Shown: positions 12,338 to 27,900, counted from the first letter of the stretch. The stretch: 64,000 nucleotides of DNA from the human T2T-CHM13v2.0 reference genome, Homo sapiens (GCF_009914755.1 NC_060926.1); one strand, 5' to 3'. The notes: generated from the sequence alone by a model not told the origin. Numbers and translations are program-made.

Positions 12338-13896
12338 GAAGGAAACATAACTCTTCGTCTTTGGAGAAGCCCTTTCTCTCTCCTTGCCTCCTCCTTCAAA
12401 CCTTTGAGGCACCTCAGTAGTAATTGGCTGCTAGGACTTGGAATCTATCTGTGGAGAAACAGTGTTTGTGAAAGGGCTCTAAGGTGATGGTGTGAGGCAT
12501 TTATTTGTGATCTAAGGGAACATAAGTTGCCTCTGGTGCTTATTGACTATTTCTAGCTGGAGGCACAGAAATACACAGGCACTAAAGGGTGAGTTACTGT
12601 TGGACGCTCCTCTCTGGACCAGCAGGGACTTGGAAAGCTCTTGGAGGATGTAGTGTCTTGCATCAATCACCAGTGACCCCTCTGGCTGAATATGTACAGG
12701 CAGAAAGAGGCTCCTAAGCCTCTGTTCTCCTTAGCTAGATGGATGGAAGATGAAATGCAGCCCCTGGAGGAGGAGGAAGTGTGTGCGGTGGAGGATTGAC
12801 CTGTACCCTGGAAATCCAAGCTGATTCCTCCTTTCCAAAACAAATCGGAAATGTCTTTATTTTCTATGAGCCTATTAAAGCATATACATTTAATAAATTG
12901 ACATCGTGGGAGACGAGAAACAGAAAGGAGGAGATGGGGAGAGGAGAGAATGGTCAAGAAAAATAATGCCCGGAACTACTTGTTTGACGAATGAATTAAA
13001 ATAGAGCAAAAGTGGCTTAGGACTAATTCCAGCATTTTTTAAAAGTGTACGTTGAGATGGATTCATGCTAGGAGCAGAGGTGTGAGGTGTGGTATCAAGC
13101 CGGCTGATCCATTTTAAATAACTTCCAGAAAAATTTCACGTGCTTATGAAAAATTTCATTGAATATTAATTCACCTAAGAATGCTGAAGATTTGGCTAAA
13201 CCGCATAAAAGCTAGGAGTCATAGAAAAGGTGCTCTTCCAGGATATGCTAATGACACTCTAGAAATAATGCTTCTGTTTTTGAGAATTGTTAGCATATAT
13301 CCAGGGATTCTTCTACTTCCTCCTCCCTAGCTGTAATTTCTCCTTTGGTCAAAAAAAAGGAAGGCAAGCAAAGGACTCCGTAGGTAAAAGCACACCTTTG
13401 TGCCTCACATTTTCTAGGTTTTCTTTATGGTCCAATGGCAATCATTTTAATGCCTGTTTGAGAGCCGTCCGTACTCAAAAAGCCTGGCAGGAAAATAGTA
13501 AATCTGTGAACTCAACATTATTTCCCATGGTAAGAATTTTTCTTTGCTTCCTTTCTGTAAGGCCTAAGACCAGTACATTGAATCCCACTCCAGATGGATG
13601 TGTTACATAACCACAACCAGGCACGTGCAGTCATCCCAGAGCTGACTGAGCCACAAAGGTGGATCACTCAATACAAGCCTGACCCTGTTGCTGCCAAAGT
13701 AAATCCAGAAGGCTCGGTAAACATCTGTTCATGCACAAATAGGTCATCACCATACACGCTTGAGCTGTGAAGAGCAAGGAGAAGGATTTCTTTCTCAGAG
13801 TTACCAGGCCTTCTCAGTATTAGCTCACTTTGTGGGGACAGCATGTGAGCCTCAGGGGCTTGTGGTGTTTTGGATACACTTGAGGATTCCCTTCCT

Positions 13897-14155
13897 AATA
13901 ATAATAATTAGCATTTATGGGAGGCACTTGGTAAGTGCCAGATGCTGTTGAATGCACTTCACTTATATTAACACGTTGAAATCTGTCAGGAACTCTATGA
14001 AAGAGAATCTTTTATAATCCTCGTTTTATAATAAGGAATTTAAGGCAAAGAGAGGTCAAGTATTCTCTCCAAGATCACAGAACTACCAAGTAGTAGAGGT
14101 GGGATTTGAATCTATTCTGTCTGACTCCAGAGTATATGCTTTTAACCATTATAGC
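13897..14155 (-). mobile_element. MIR SINE
   Basis: 'ataattagcatttat...gagaggtcaagt...ccaagatcacag...ggatttgaatc...ctgactccagag...ttaaccatta'. Confidence 0.75.
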
Positions 14156-17100
14156 ATATTTTTTCTGGCCTAGGCGTACACTGAAGAGACTGGAAAGTGA
14201 AGATGCACTATTTGTCAAGGTATTATATCCCTTTAACCTGGTGGGGGCAGGGAGGGTTTCTAAGGAGATCTGGACTTATAGAGTAGTCTTAGACTTTCTC
14301 TGTCTTCTGGGATCTCAATATCCTATCTGTCAAACAAATACACAAAGGACCAAAAAACCCAAATAAACTCTAGAGACAGTTTGCAGATTTAAATAAGTTT
14401 TCCTAATTAGGAACCACTTCTAGCACAGCTCTTAACAATATAGGTAGAAGAGGTGGCCGTAGGGTTCACACCGGGAAGACCAGTAGCTCTGAGGTAATTT
14501 TGGCAATTGTGAAGGAGGTCCATTGCACTCAGCAGCAGTAAATGACAGAGAAAAATGTCAACCTGAAGGGGTGTACCATGTTGCCTAGGGTGTGGGATTG
14601 AATTTATAAAATTGCGAGCATTCAAGAATGTCGCATAAGGACTCCATTTGCTTCTGTTTGCAAATTCATTCAGGAAAGGCTTCAAAATTTATGTTATGAG
14701 AAAATACAACATAGTTCCTCCTCTTATGGTTTCCTCCCCCTCTTCTCCCACCCCTTTTTCTTCCCACCACCAATACCACCATGCATTTTTAAAGTCCTTT
14801 AAAGTTTTCAAAGTGCTTTCATATACATACTTCATTCTTTATGTCAGGTCAGGGCAAAATTTTATTGCATTTGGCCAAAGGCCATTTTGAAATTTTGAGA
14901 GAAAAAAGGAGATACGATGTGATCTTTGAAATAAAGGGATTAAAACAGAGCAAAGTTAAAAAGGATTTATGAGTAAAAAAAAAAAAAAGTTAAAAAAATA
15001 TAAATCAAATTTTAGAGTTGAACTGGAAAAGGACTGACTGACCAAATGCTTCTCATATTTTGCAAAAGAGTTGGGATTTAGACAAAAACAACTGGAAGAG
15101 ATACACAAATTATTTTAAAATAACATTTATCCAGCTTTGATTTTAAAATGCTAATACATGCTCATCACAGAAAAATTGAAGGATGTGAAAGTCAAAAGTT
15201 GAAAATATAAACATCCATAATACCAGTATGCATTCAAAAACATGATTATGTTTAGAGTTACAATCCTCTAGTCTTATCTTAAACACACACACATACCACA
15301 CACACGCATGCACAACAGAGTTGTAAATTGCTTTATGCTGTACTCAGATATGCAGAAAATAAATGCTGCCCTATAATTTATAAAAACTGTGACCTGGCCC
15401 ATGCACTACCACTTTACTGAACTGCAAAAACAACTTACTCTCCTTTGGCAACATTTTAGTCTCTTCTGCTTTGTAAGTCTTCTTTCACTTTAACGTTCAG
15501 TCCATTCAAAGTTATGATGGTTTACAGAGGCATCTTTCAAAGATTTAGTCTCTTTAGGAAAATGCATAGTGGTTCAGATTGCTCTCCTAGCCCACTTTTC
15601 CCTTTCTCAAGATGGTGCCCTGCTGTCTGAGAGACAGGGCTGTAGCTACCAGAGACTTAAACTTACAGTGGATTACAAAAAGACTAAAAAAGTCCACACT
15701 TCTGTGTTGACTAATGCCAAAAAATCTCCCTTCCTCCAGTGTGCACCTTGTGGGGCACATTTTTGTGAGCACAACCTGCCCAGCCCTAAGCCACATCCCT
15801 TGTTCTGTCTCCACGAGGGGAGAAGAGGATGCTTAGGTCCATGCCCTGCCTCTGACCCTGGGGTTTCTCTGTAGCAAGGTCTCTCCTCTGCCTGGCTGTT
15901 CTTTGCTCCACAGGCATTAACAGTAGGTTTGACTGGGGACCTGCTGGCCCATTGTGTGGTCAGTACTCTCAGATAATACCCAGATGCCTCTGACTCATCT
16001 CAGTTTTTGCTGATGTGTTTTGTGTCTCTGCCATGTAGTGGCAAACAATCTTTAACAGTCCTCCCAGAGTGTTTGCTGAGGAGGCCCTTTGCCGTTTATC
16101 ATAGGGGGCTGGTCCCCTGCCAAACTCATGACACTTAACTCAGCCTCTCCTAAGTCCTCTCTTTGAGGGGTATAAAGAAATTTCCTAATCTTGCCCATGC
16201 CACTTGGGAAGTGAGGTCAATCTACAGAATATAAATTCTGCACCTTCCTCTTCCTAGCTGGGTGGCATCACTGAGTTCTTTTTATGTGACCATCCCACAT
16301 TGTGTATCTGTTAAGATCATTTCAACTCCTGCCAGAACGAGAGCTGTTAAATTAATGGAGGATCAAAGGAACAATGGAAGAGATTTTAAGAAACTTTTCT
16401 AAAATGCGTAATGTGTATTTTGTATCTTGTCCCAAGTTCACACTTTTTCTTTATGAAGAACTCGAGCCTCTGTAGAAGTGTTTTAGTGCTGCTGCACCTC
16501 CTGAGTCCAGAAAAATTTTCAAGAGAATTATATGGCTCAGTGATTTTGGTGCTTATTAACTTTATATTTGCTATCTACAACAACCTTTAGTGAAAATTTA
16601 CAGGTGGATATATGGAACCAATTTTAGAGATGATTTCTATAGCTAATGGAAAGTTTATGTTTCCACTAAAATTCACATTTATTTATTTAAAATAATAAGT
16701 TCTCCTCACAGTTTTACAAAGGAGACGGAACAATACCATTCAAAGTGAAACAGCAGAATCTTCAACATTGAGAAGATAAGAGGTTTTCCTCCAGTTAATT
16801 AAAGGAGCAAGAGTTATGGAACTTTATAGTCATTTAATTATGTCATTAAGGTAAGGTAAGAGTTGGCTAGCAAGGATGAGGATAGGGTGGGAGAGACCAC
16901 TACAGGCCACTGTGTAGAGTTCGACCTTTCAAGGCTTTGCCAATGCTTAGACTGTGACTCTATATTTTTGAAATATTGCAACTGGATTGACACATTTGTT
17001 ATAAAGATACTTAACCATTTCATTAAAATGGCATCAATATATGTTTTTCTAAGGGAATTTTAATTTTTTTCTCAGAAGTGGTAAATACAACTTGTCTCTG

Positions 17101-17244
17101 AAGGTTAAAAGCTTAAAAAAATGTCTTCTCGGAGTGGTTGGCAGCATGGTTAGGCATGCTTCTGGGACACGCATGTCTGTTAACTTCTTTCTATCTCAGT
17201 TTCTCAGGTGGCAAGCAGAAAAACCTAGTAACACCTTTGTAATA

Positions 17245-17410
17245 CTAATCCTAGCTGCTATGTATAGACTTATTTATTTGGTCCTGTGTACCAAGGCTTT
17301 TATTTTCTTTCACTTAATCCCCACAGCAAACCTATGAAGTAGGCATTATTATGCCTGTTTTACAGGGAGTGATGCAAACTGAGCCATACAGTGGAATGGG
17401 ATTCTAATCC
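17245..17410 (-). mobile_element. MIR fragment interrupted by Alu
   Basis: 'ttaatccccacagcaaacctatgaagtaggcattattatgcctgttttacag...aaactgag'. Confidence 0.65.
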
Positions 17411-17465
17411 ATCTTTCCATCTTTTTTTTTTTTTTTTTTTTGGAGACCTAATCCATCTTTCCATC

Positions 17466-17766
17466 TTTTTTTTTTTTTTTTTTTTTTTGGAGACGGAGTC
17501 TTGCTTTGTCACCCAGGCTGGAGTGCAGTGGTGCAATCTCGGCTCACTGCAATCTCTACCTCCTAGTTTCAAGTGATTCTCCTGCCTTAGCCTCCTGAGT
17601 AGCTGGGATTACAGGCGCATGCCACCACGCCCAGCTAATTTTTGTATTTTTAAAGACAGGGTTTCACCATGTTGGTCAGGCTGGTCTCGAATACTTGACC
17701 TCGTGATCTGCCCACCTCGGCCTCCGAAAGTGCTGGGATTACAGGCGTAAGCCACTGCGCCCAGCC
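17466..17766 (-). mobile_element. AluS SINE, full length
   Basis: T23 then ggagacggagtcttgc...agccactgcgcccagcc; TSD-like tctaatccatc / tctagtccatc. Confidence 0.95.
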
Positions 17767-18451
17767 CTCTAGTCCATCATTTATCACTAAAAGACCATCA
17801 TCTTGTCTGCTCTGGTGAGCTACCTCTCTTCCCTATCCTACCAAATTTGCTTTAAAGATCGAATACAACCATGTATGTAACAATACAAGTTACTTTCAAC
17901 TAGGCAATTTCTATTTAAGGTATTTTTCTCCTCCCTATTTATTTTCACTTACATTTTGTTTTCTTGCACACAAAAAAACCAAAGATGACTAAAAAGACCC
18001 AAAGGAAGAGAGTAGAAAATAACAATTATGAAGTGTGGTGATGATTTAAAATACTAAAAATAAAGAAGAGGATATCATCATGCCATCTATCTATGTGTAC
18101 CTTTCTGTGATTTGTCTTTGGCTTCAGTCAGAAGAATCATAAAATTATTTATAGTTTGTCTGTTAGAATTTGTGGTTGGGAGGGAATTATCTATGACTTT
18201 TTATAATTTATATCTCAATTAATTTAAAAAATGGTAGAGTCCCTATTAATGTGTCCCTTGAAAGAAAAGTTGTCTAGATCATATGCTCTCCTACTAAAAT
18301 TATCTTTTTCACAAAGGACATATACGTACATGAGAAATAAGATCCTTTTAGGAAATATTAGAATAAGATTTTCAATTAGAAAGTTGCATCTGCATAGGCC
18401 TCCTGGACAGTAGGAGGAATAACTGGACTGGAATAATAAAGAGAGAATGAA

Positions 18452-20279
18452 AATTTTAACAAAAGAAGTGAAAGATCTCTGCAAAGAAAGCTATAAAACA
18501 TTGAGAAAAAAATTAAAGAGGACATAAAAATGAAAAAATATCCTATATTCATGGATTGGAAGAACTAATATTGTTAAAATGCCCAAACTACCTAAAGCAG
18601 TCTACAGATTCAATGCAGTCTCTATCAAAATACCAATGACATTCTTCACGGAAATGGAAAAGAATCATAAAATTAATATAGAACCATAAAACACCTTGAT
18701 TAGACAAGGTAATCTTGAACAAAAAGAATAAAGCTAGAGACTTTACAGTACCTGACTTATAAACATACCACAAAGTGATAGTAATCAAAACAGCATGATA
18801 CTGGCATAAAAGCAGTCACATGGACCAATGGAAAAGAACAGAGAACCCAGAAATGAATCCATGCATTTACAGCCAACTCATTTTTGACAAAGGCGCCAAG
18901 AACATACATTGGGTAAAGGAGAGACTCTTCAATAAATGGTGCCCCCAAAAAACTGGATAACTATATGCAGAAGAATGAAACTAGATCATCTTACCATATA
19001 AAAAATAAAATCAAAATGGATTAAAGACTTAAAGGTAAGACCTGAAACAATAAAACTACTAGAAGAAAATATTGGAGAATCTGGACAAAGATTTTTTGAG
19101 TAAAACCTCAAAAGCACAGGCAACAAAAGCAAAATCAGAGAAAAGGGATCACATCAAGCTAAAAAACTTCTGCACAGTAAAGGAAACAATCAACAAAATG
19201 AAGAGATAACCTACAGAATGGCAGAAAATATTTGCAAACTATCTATCCAATAACCAAAATACATAAGGAAATGAAACAACTCAGTGCTAAATAAACCAAA
19301 TAATTCAATAAGCAAATGATCTGAATAGACATTTCTCAAAAGAAGACATACAAATGGCAAACAGCTATAGGAAAAAAAATGCTCAACATCACTAATCATC
19401 ATGAACATGCAAGTCAAAACCACAATGAGGTCTCATCTTATCATAGTTAAAATGGCTATTGTCAAAAAGACAGAAAGTAACATGCTGGTCAGGATGCAGA
19501 GAAAAGTCAACTCGTGCACACTGTGGATGGTAATGTAAATTACTACAACCATTAAGGATAACATTATGGAGGTTCCTTAGGAAACTAAAACTAGAATTAC
19601 TACATGATCCAGAAATCCCACTTCTGGGTATATATCTAAAAGAAAGAAAATCAGTGTATTGAAGAGATATCTGAATTCCTATGTTTAACGCAGCACCTTC
19701 ATAATAGCCAAGATAAAGAATCAACCTAAATGTCTATCAATAGATGAATGGATTTAAAAATTTGGCCTGTATACATGATGAAACACTATTTACTAATTTT
19801 TTAAAAAATGAAATCCTGTCATGTGCAGCAACGTGAATGGAACTGGAGGACATTATGTTAAGTGAAATAAGCCAGACAGAGAAAGATAAATATCGCATGT
19901 TCTCGCTCATATGTGGGAGCTAAAAAATTGATCTCATGTCAGTAGAGAGTAGAATGGTGATTACCAGAGGCTAGGAAGGGTAGAGGGCAGAGCAGGATGA
20001 AGAGAATTTGGTAAATGGGTACAAAAATACAGTTAGATGGAAAGAATAAGTTCTAGTGTTCAATAGCACAGTACAGTGACTATAGTTAACAATAATTTAT
20101 TGTATATTTCAAATGGATAGAAGAGAAGTTTTGGAACATTCTTGACAGAAAGGAAAGATTATAGTTTGAAGTGATGGATATCCCAGTTACCCAGATTTAA
20201 TCATTACACATTGTATGGATTTGTCAAAATATCACATGTACTACATCAACATATACAACGATTATGTATCAATAAAAAG
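18452..20279 (+). mobile_element. 5'-truncated L1 (L1MA4/5-like): degraded ORF2 3' part plus 3' UTR
   Basis: ORF2-like 'tattcatggattggaaga...aaaatgccc', 'gaacccagaaatgaatcc'; L1MA 3' end 'gggtacaaaaatacagttagat...gtgatggatatccc...tatcaataaaaa'. Confidence 0.9.
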
Positions 20280-20361
20280 AAATAAGGGAAAACAAATGTC
20301 ATTAAAAGACTAACTTGATATGTTATTGGTACAATTCAATTTCAATATATATGAAAAGTTA

Positions 20362-20736
<375 letters not shown>

Positions 20737-21399
20737 TCACAAATTTAAATATTTTTCACCTATCTTAAAAAATGCCCTATACTAAGTCAGAAAACTTTTA
20801 AATGGACCGCATAAACTCTTGAACCATTGGCCTCAGAGCACCTTATCTTGTCTCGTCAGTCAATCCACAAGAATTTTTTTTTGAATGTTTGAAGTGCTCC
20901 AGAATCTAATGATCTTTTCTCCCTTCACACCCTCACTATGTCAGACCAAATTCCACCCTGTTTTTTTTTTTTTTATTATACAGTTTGGTCTAGTTTTTAC
21001 ATTTCAGACTTTCTTCATTTGCTTTTGCTTTTAAATCTCTCTTTACTGACTTTGAGTGCCTTTCAAAAAAAAAAAAAGTCACTACCAACAACAGGCACTT
21101 GCTTTCAACAAGTGTACAAACTGCTTCAATCAGATTTTGCTTTTCGCTTCTTCCCAGAATAATTGCTGGTTAGTGTTTCCTTCTCATTTCATCAGTTTTC
21201 TTGAAACTATGGTAAGGTATGCATACCATACTCCAGAAAAGAGTCTTTGGGGACTCAACAAACACCTCTTTTTCCTTTTCCATTAGTAGTGGAGTGTATA
21301 TCTGGTCAGCTATGTAACTTATTTTTCAGGGATACACTGGTACAGGTATTTATTTTCATATGATGGAGACACCTTTCCTATAAACATCAACAAAAACAT

Positions 21400-21680
21400 G
21401 TTAGGGTAATTTCTCTCACCTCATTATCCCTCCTCCATATACTTCAAATTCAATTTTTGTTGTCCCCTTGGTATCATTTGGATATTCTAGTTTTGTGTTC
21501 TTATGATGAAGTTTTAATTGTAGCACTTACTTTGAAACCACACAATCAGATTATTTGTCTTTATTTCTTCAATAGTCACCTTGGCAGAAGAACTGTCTTT
21601 TTCAAACATTATGTTCCCAGGATTTAGCATAATATGTAGTCCATAATAGAGGTTGGGTAATGTTAGATGGTAAATAAACT
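21400..21680 (+). mobile_element. L2 3'-end relic
   Basis: 'ggcagaagaactgtc...cccaggatttagcataatatgtagtccataatagagg...aatgttagatggtaaataa'; highly diverged. Confidence 0.45.
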
Positions 21681-22019
21681 GTTCAGTTCAATTGCTGCAT
21701 TAAATGAAGGATACAACATTTGGGTTAAAGGAAAGAATTGCTAATGAAGAATAGGAAACTAAAATGGGTTGACTTAGAGAATACAAAAGGCTAAAACATG
21801 AGTTCTGTTAAGAGTATCTGTAGAATTCCTGCCTTTTCATCTGCGGAAAGATAACAGATTTCTCCATGTTCTCCAAGGTTGACCCCAAAGGCATAACTAA
21901 GCTCCTCCCAAGTCAGATAGTCTTCTGCTGAACGAAGCCTTAGGCAAAAGCCTGCATTATTTTCTGGTATAATTTAATATCGTCCATATCCAATAGCCAA
22001 GAAGGGTATACAAGCATCT

Positions 22020-22163
22020 TTAAGGGGGTTTTCTCTCTCTGCTTGGAGTCCCCCTCCCTCTGTTTTTGTACGGGGAGCTTTTTCTGTCTTTCTTGCCTAT
22101 TAAACTTTCTGCTCTTTCAAACCACAAAAAAAAAAAAAGAAAGAAAAGAAAAGAAAAGAAAAA
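22020..22163 (+). mobile_element. Short retrocopy of an LTR-like transcript 3' end, with poly(A) tail and TSD
   Basis: ERV1-LTR-like R-region text 'cttgcctattaaactttctgctc'; ATTAAA at 22099-22104; A-rich tail from 22126; 8-bp TSD aagcatct at 22012-22019 and 22164-22171. Confidence 0.7.
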
Positions 22164-22184
22164 AAGCATCTATGGGCTCTGAAA

Positions 22185-22270
22185 GTCAATTTATTTCGAC
22201 ATACATGTATTGAGAGCCTACTCTGTGCTGGAACTGCAGATACAGAGACGACAGGATCACTATCCCAACA
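22185..22270 (-). mobile_element. L2 3'-end fragment
   Basis: 'atttatttcgacatacatgtattgagagcctactctgtgctggaactgcagatacagag'; L2-like sequence resumes near 25815-26075. Confidence 0.6.
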
Positions 22271-22639
22271 GTAATGCACTTTACTCAACCCGGTGCACTC
22301 ACTATGCCAGTCAGTCCAGTGGTTTCTACACCAGATTATCTGTGACGTCACCCCAGCATATCTTTAATGCTTTCTTGTAAATAACTTCAAATGGCTTATT
22401 TTCTTATAGGTATGTCATTCTTCTTTTTTTGTTTTTTGTTGTTTTTCCATTCTTCTTTACCCACTATAAATTTAACTGTGTTTTCAGTAAATTATATGCC
22501 CAGAGTTCTAATATATAGTTAATGTTTAATTGGTAGTTTCTTACTATATATTACATTTTTCCTTTTTAAAATACTTATTCAATGACTGTACACCAAGAAT
22601 GTTTCTACCCACTGGAATACATAGATGAACAAAGTTTAA

Positions 22640-22894
<255 letters not shown>

Positions 22895-23224
22895 TTCCTT
22901 TTTAAAATAGAGCTTACAATTACATTCTCATGAGGGAGCAAGCAACAAACAAACAAATGGTTTCAATTAGCATTTATACTACAATAATGCTACGAAACAA
23001 ACAACTCTAAATCTCTGAATTGCAACATCAAACATTCATCTCAATAACAGTTCTGTGGGTTAGCTAGAAGGGGACTGACCCTAGCAGAGTTTTGCTTATC
23101 TTGGCTCTAAACCGTCAGTTGGGATCAGATCTGCTCCTCTTGTTTCTTCAGTCTCCCTAGACCAGCTATCTGGAGCATGTTCTTCTTGTGGGGAAGTGTA
23201 GGAGTGCAAGAAAACAAGCCAGAT

Positions 23225-23532
<308 letters not shown>

Positions 23533-24522
23533 AAGAAAACAAGCCAGATCATGACAACAAGTCTAAATCTCTGCTTCTGTCGCATTTACTAACATTTCTT
23601 TAACTCAGACAATTCACATGCCAAGCCCAATATGAGTGGATCAAGGGAGTATTTTTCACACATATTGGAAAAAACTGCAAGTTACATAGGAAAAAAGGTA
23701 ATGTATAATTTTATAATAGAAAGAGAATGAAGATTAAAAGTATTAATAATAACTCAATCTTTCAATCACAGTTGTCTCTCTTGTTCACAATTCATGTTCC
23801 TTCTGCACCTGAGACATATTAATGGCCATTCCAAGAAACCCACAAAGTTTCACCCAATTATGGCATTGAGTTCAAAGTCCAGGATCTCATGATCCATGTC
23901 AGGTCTGGATGGAACTTCTCTTGATCTGGACCTCTATGAACTGAAAAGATATGTTATCTGCCCCCACACATCTAATGTCCCATGCTGGAATATAAACAGA
24001 ACAAACAAACAGCTGCATTCAACAAGGGGACAATTGGGAGAAACACAGAATAACTGGTATATAGAAATTTTGAAACTCTGCTGAACAAATTTTGCCAGGG
24101 TCTCCTACAAGGATGTTGGCAGATATTTTGGTTAAGCCCTGTTTCTGTACCTGGGAGTTTATCCCCAGTCTACTGTTGTACATGAGTCTTTGTTCTTGTC
24201 TTGGAACTCCTTCCTTTTTCATTTTTGGCTTTCTGATGAGTAGAGGAGAATATGTCCTCTTGGTAGCTGAGCAGATTTCTCAGCCTGCTTCCTGTCTGAA
24301 AAATCTTGGGGTCTCAGAGATTCTTATATATTTCCAACAGACATAATTTTTAAAATCCAGGCTGGTGGTAATCTTGCCAATACAGCTCTCTCAAAAACTC
24401 TGTGAACTTTCTGTTTGCTTCCAGTCAACTACAATGGGCCAAATGCCTCAACCATAATTCTTTTAGAGACAGGTTCTTTTCTAGCTATAAGTAGGTAATT
24501 TGCATGTATTAGGCATCTGTGA

Positions 24523-24939
<417 letters not shown>

Positions 24940-27900
24940 TAATGGCAATGTTATCTATAGAGAGAAATGGTTTAATTTTCAAACTGATAATTTCCAGAAT
25001 TTGGGGGTTCTCTCAGTTTCACTCAATCTTATTTGCAAGTCAGTCAATTCTTTTCTAAGCTTATATTTTTCTTGTAGTAACTTAATAAATGCAGACAACA
25101 ACAGCCAATTCATACTATAAATATTTTGCCCCCAAAACTTCCCGGCTCAAAGCTACAAGTACATTTAGTACACTTTCTGCCTTCCAGATTATTGTAGTCA
25201 ACAGTTTTATCAAATGTTTTGGTACTGCATAATATGGGTTTTCATTTTCCTAGCTATTACTTTTTAAATAATAGTTTCTTCTCTTCTTACCAGGTGATCC
25301 CAAACTAATGACACGTTTTAATATTTTTTGACAGCAGAAGCCCATTTTTGGTAGAGTTTCAATGTTAACTAGCAATTGCCACAAGTAGAATATATAACAA
25401 ACCTCACACCCAAACCCAAAACTCAGTGGCATAAGCAAGTATTTATTTCCTTGCTAATGGTCTCATGGGTTGGCTGAAACAGTGCTACTTTAGGTCATAG
25501 GGAGACTTGGTTCCAAGACTCAGATTAGGTTCAGATTTGTCCTAAAAGTCTCTTCACTCTTCTTCAAAAACTGACTACCTAGGGTCTATTTCTCTAATAG
25601 GGAAAGGCAGAAGCACCAGGATCCAAGCAAGACACATGGCATATCTGAAGCCTATTCTCATGATGACTGCCAACATTTAATTAACCAATGCAAGTCACAT
25701 GACTAAGCCTAATTGCAATCAGGTAGGAATATTTTCTACTCACAGTGACATGTCAAATGATATGTATATTATAGCATGAAGGAGTCAAGAATTAAGGAGT
25801 TCAATCTAGCATATATACAAACAAGAAAACATCAGCTAGTATAAATTGTGAGGAAAGTAAAGCGGGTCTAGAGAATGCTTGGAAAACCACTAAGAATAGT
25901 TTGTTGAGATGACATTTTAACTGAGGTTGAATGCATTCTATGCAGAGGAAACAGACAATGAAAAGACCTAGATGCAGAGATAAGCTCAGGGTGATGGAAG
26001 AACTGAAATAAAACCACAGAGAGGATGGTAGGAGATGAAACCAATGAGGAAGTAGAGGCCAAATTATTTAGAACTTTTATTATCATTATTATTTGCAATA
26101 TTACATAAGTGCACATTTCAGAGGATTATTTACCAAATGCTGAAGAAATAAAAAAGATTTTTGTGAGTCCTAATGGTTGTCATGATAGCCCATGAATAGG
26201 GTAGCTGAATTCAACCACTCTGGAAAGTTTCATAATGGTCGAGTTGTGTAATCGATTCAATAATTTACCTTTTCGCTGGTTCTTTTTGGAGTTTTGGCCT
26301 GCTAAGTTGTTTCAATGGAAAACCTGAAAATACTAAGAATTCTTGACTAGAGAGTTGCCAGCTGAAATACTGAAGAGATAAATTGGTAGCCGCTGAAACT
26401 GCTCAGCTTCTTAGCAGTTCCAGGTATTTCTTTTTCCCTGGGCTTCTCGGAGCTAAATGGAAATATAAAGGTGTTGGAGCCCCGCTTCTCCCTCTTAGTT
26501 TCACTCAGGAGAATTCTCTTATTCTCTACTCCCAAGAAGGTTCTCTAGGTATGAAACAGTAACAGTTCTGGTTGTTGGTGGTATCATTTCCTAGGGAAGT
26601 TTTTGTACTGGTCCTTTGGATATGGTATCAACTCTGGGTGTAAAACCCAGAGGTCCATCCCATGCCCTTGGGAACTTCAGGATTAATAGGAGATGCAGAA
26701 TATATTTAAATGGGACATACTCATCACCATAAATAGTGTGGTCACACAGAAAGAGAGTTGTACAAACCTCAAAATTTTACTGAATTAGAAACACAAATGC
26801 TCTAAACACTAAAATGCCTTAAAATAAGAGGTCATGAGCACTTTCTAGAAATGACCTTTGATCTTTGTTCAATGTGAAAAATTTTGTTTAAAATTGGCAT
26901 TTAATTAGCCAGATTTTCTTTTGTCCTCATCTTCCTGTAGACTTATGGAAAAGGGAACTACTCTATTTTCAAAAACATGAAAAAAAGAAAACCTAAACCA
27001 GCAACATAGAGAAACTGTGGTTCTCCCTGGGTCGCCATAACACCTCTACAGGTGTGCCCTTGACTTCTATTAAGAATCACCAGCTAAATAGGTGAAATAC
27101 ACAGCTGTATATTTCCACTGCAGCATCTTTTAGCAAGCAAGGGGCTGTGTCTAGGTGAATCAGAATATGCTGGCTGGTGGAGCTCAGACACAATAATGTG
27201 TTTTTTTCAGGAAAAATAAGTGTGACAGTGTTTATTTCACACACAATTGTTTGTCAGAGGACTTCAAAGGGGTGGGCAGAGATCAGTTAAGCATTGCCAC
27301 CTGTCCCATAGGTTGTGCTTCTTCTTTTCAGGTGGGACTCTGAGGTCATTAGCACTGGGGTGGCTTATCCTCTGTTCAGCTCCTGTGCCACAACGTAAGA
27401 CAGGAATCCTGCCAGGAGGAGGACTTGGGTCCTGGCTCCTAACCACCCCCGTTGGACTCCAGCTGCCAGTGCCGCCCAAAGAAGAGAGCATGCCGCCTGG
27501 CTTTAAGAAAGCTTGCAGCCCCTGAGAGTGGCAGGTTAAAAACCTATAGGGTGGTTCAATAAAAGGCAATGCCTTGCTCCGTCCTGTGCTGCTATTGTAC
27601 ATTGGAACACATGCTGCTAGGAGACAAAGAGGACACGCGTTTATTTTCAAGCGTAGGACTTTGGAACCACTTGGGAAGAATATTCTTGATTGAGAACCAA
27701 AACATTCCATGATGCTTAACAAACCTGCAAATTGAAAAATCAGCTTCGGCCTGTGCAGTCAGGAGGCAGGAAAAGGACCTATACCCTGAAAAAAAAAATC
27801 AAAATATTCCTTAAATGATATTTGTGTGCATTTACAAAGTTACCGCTTTCTGAATCAAAGTCTCAAGCTGTTTTCATCTGAGAACATATGTTGTGCTGTT

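Noticed and set aside
22343-22350. Full CRE palindrome TGACGTCA
   Set aside because: A single 8-mer among decayed repeats, with no supporting promoter context.
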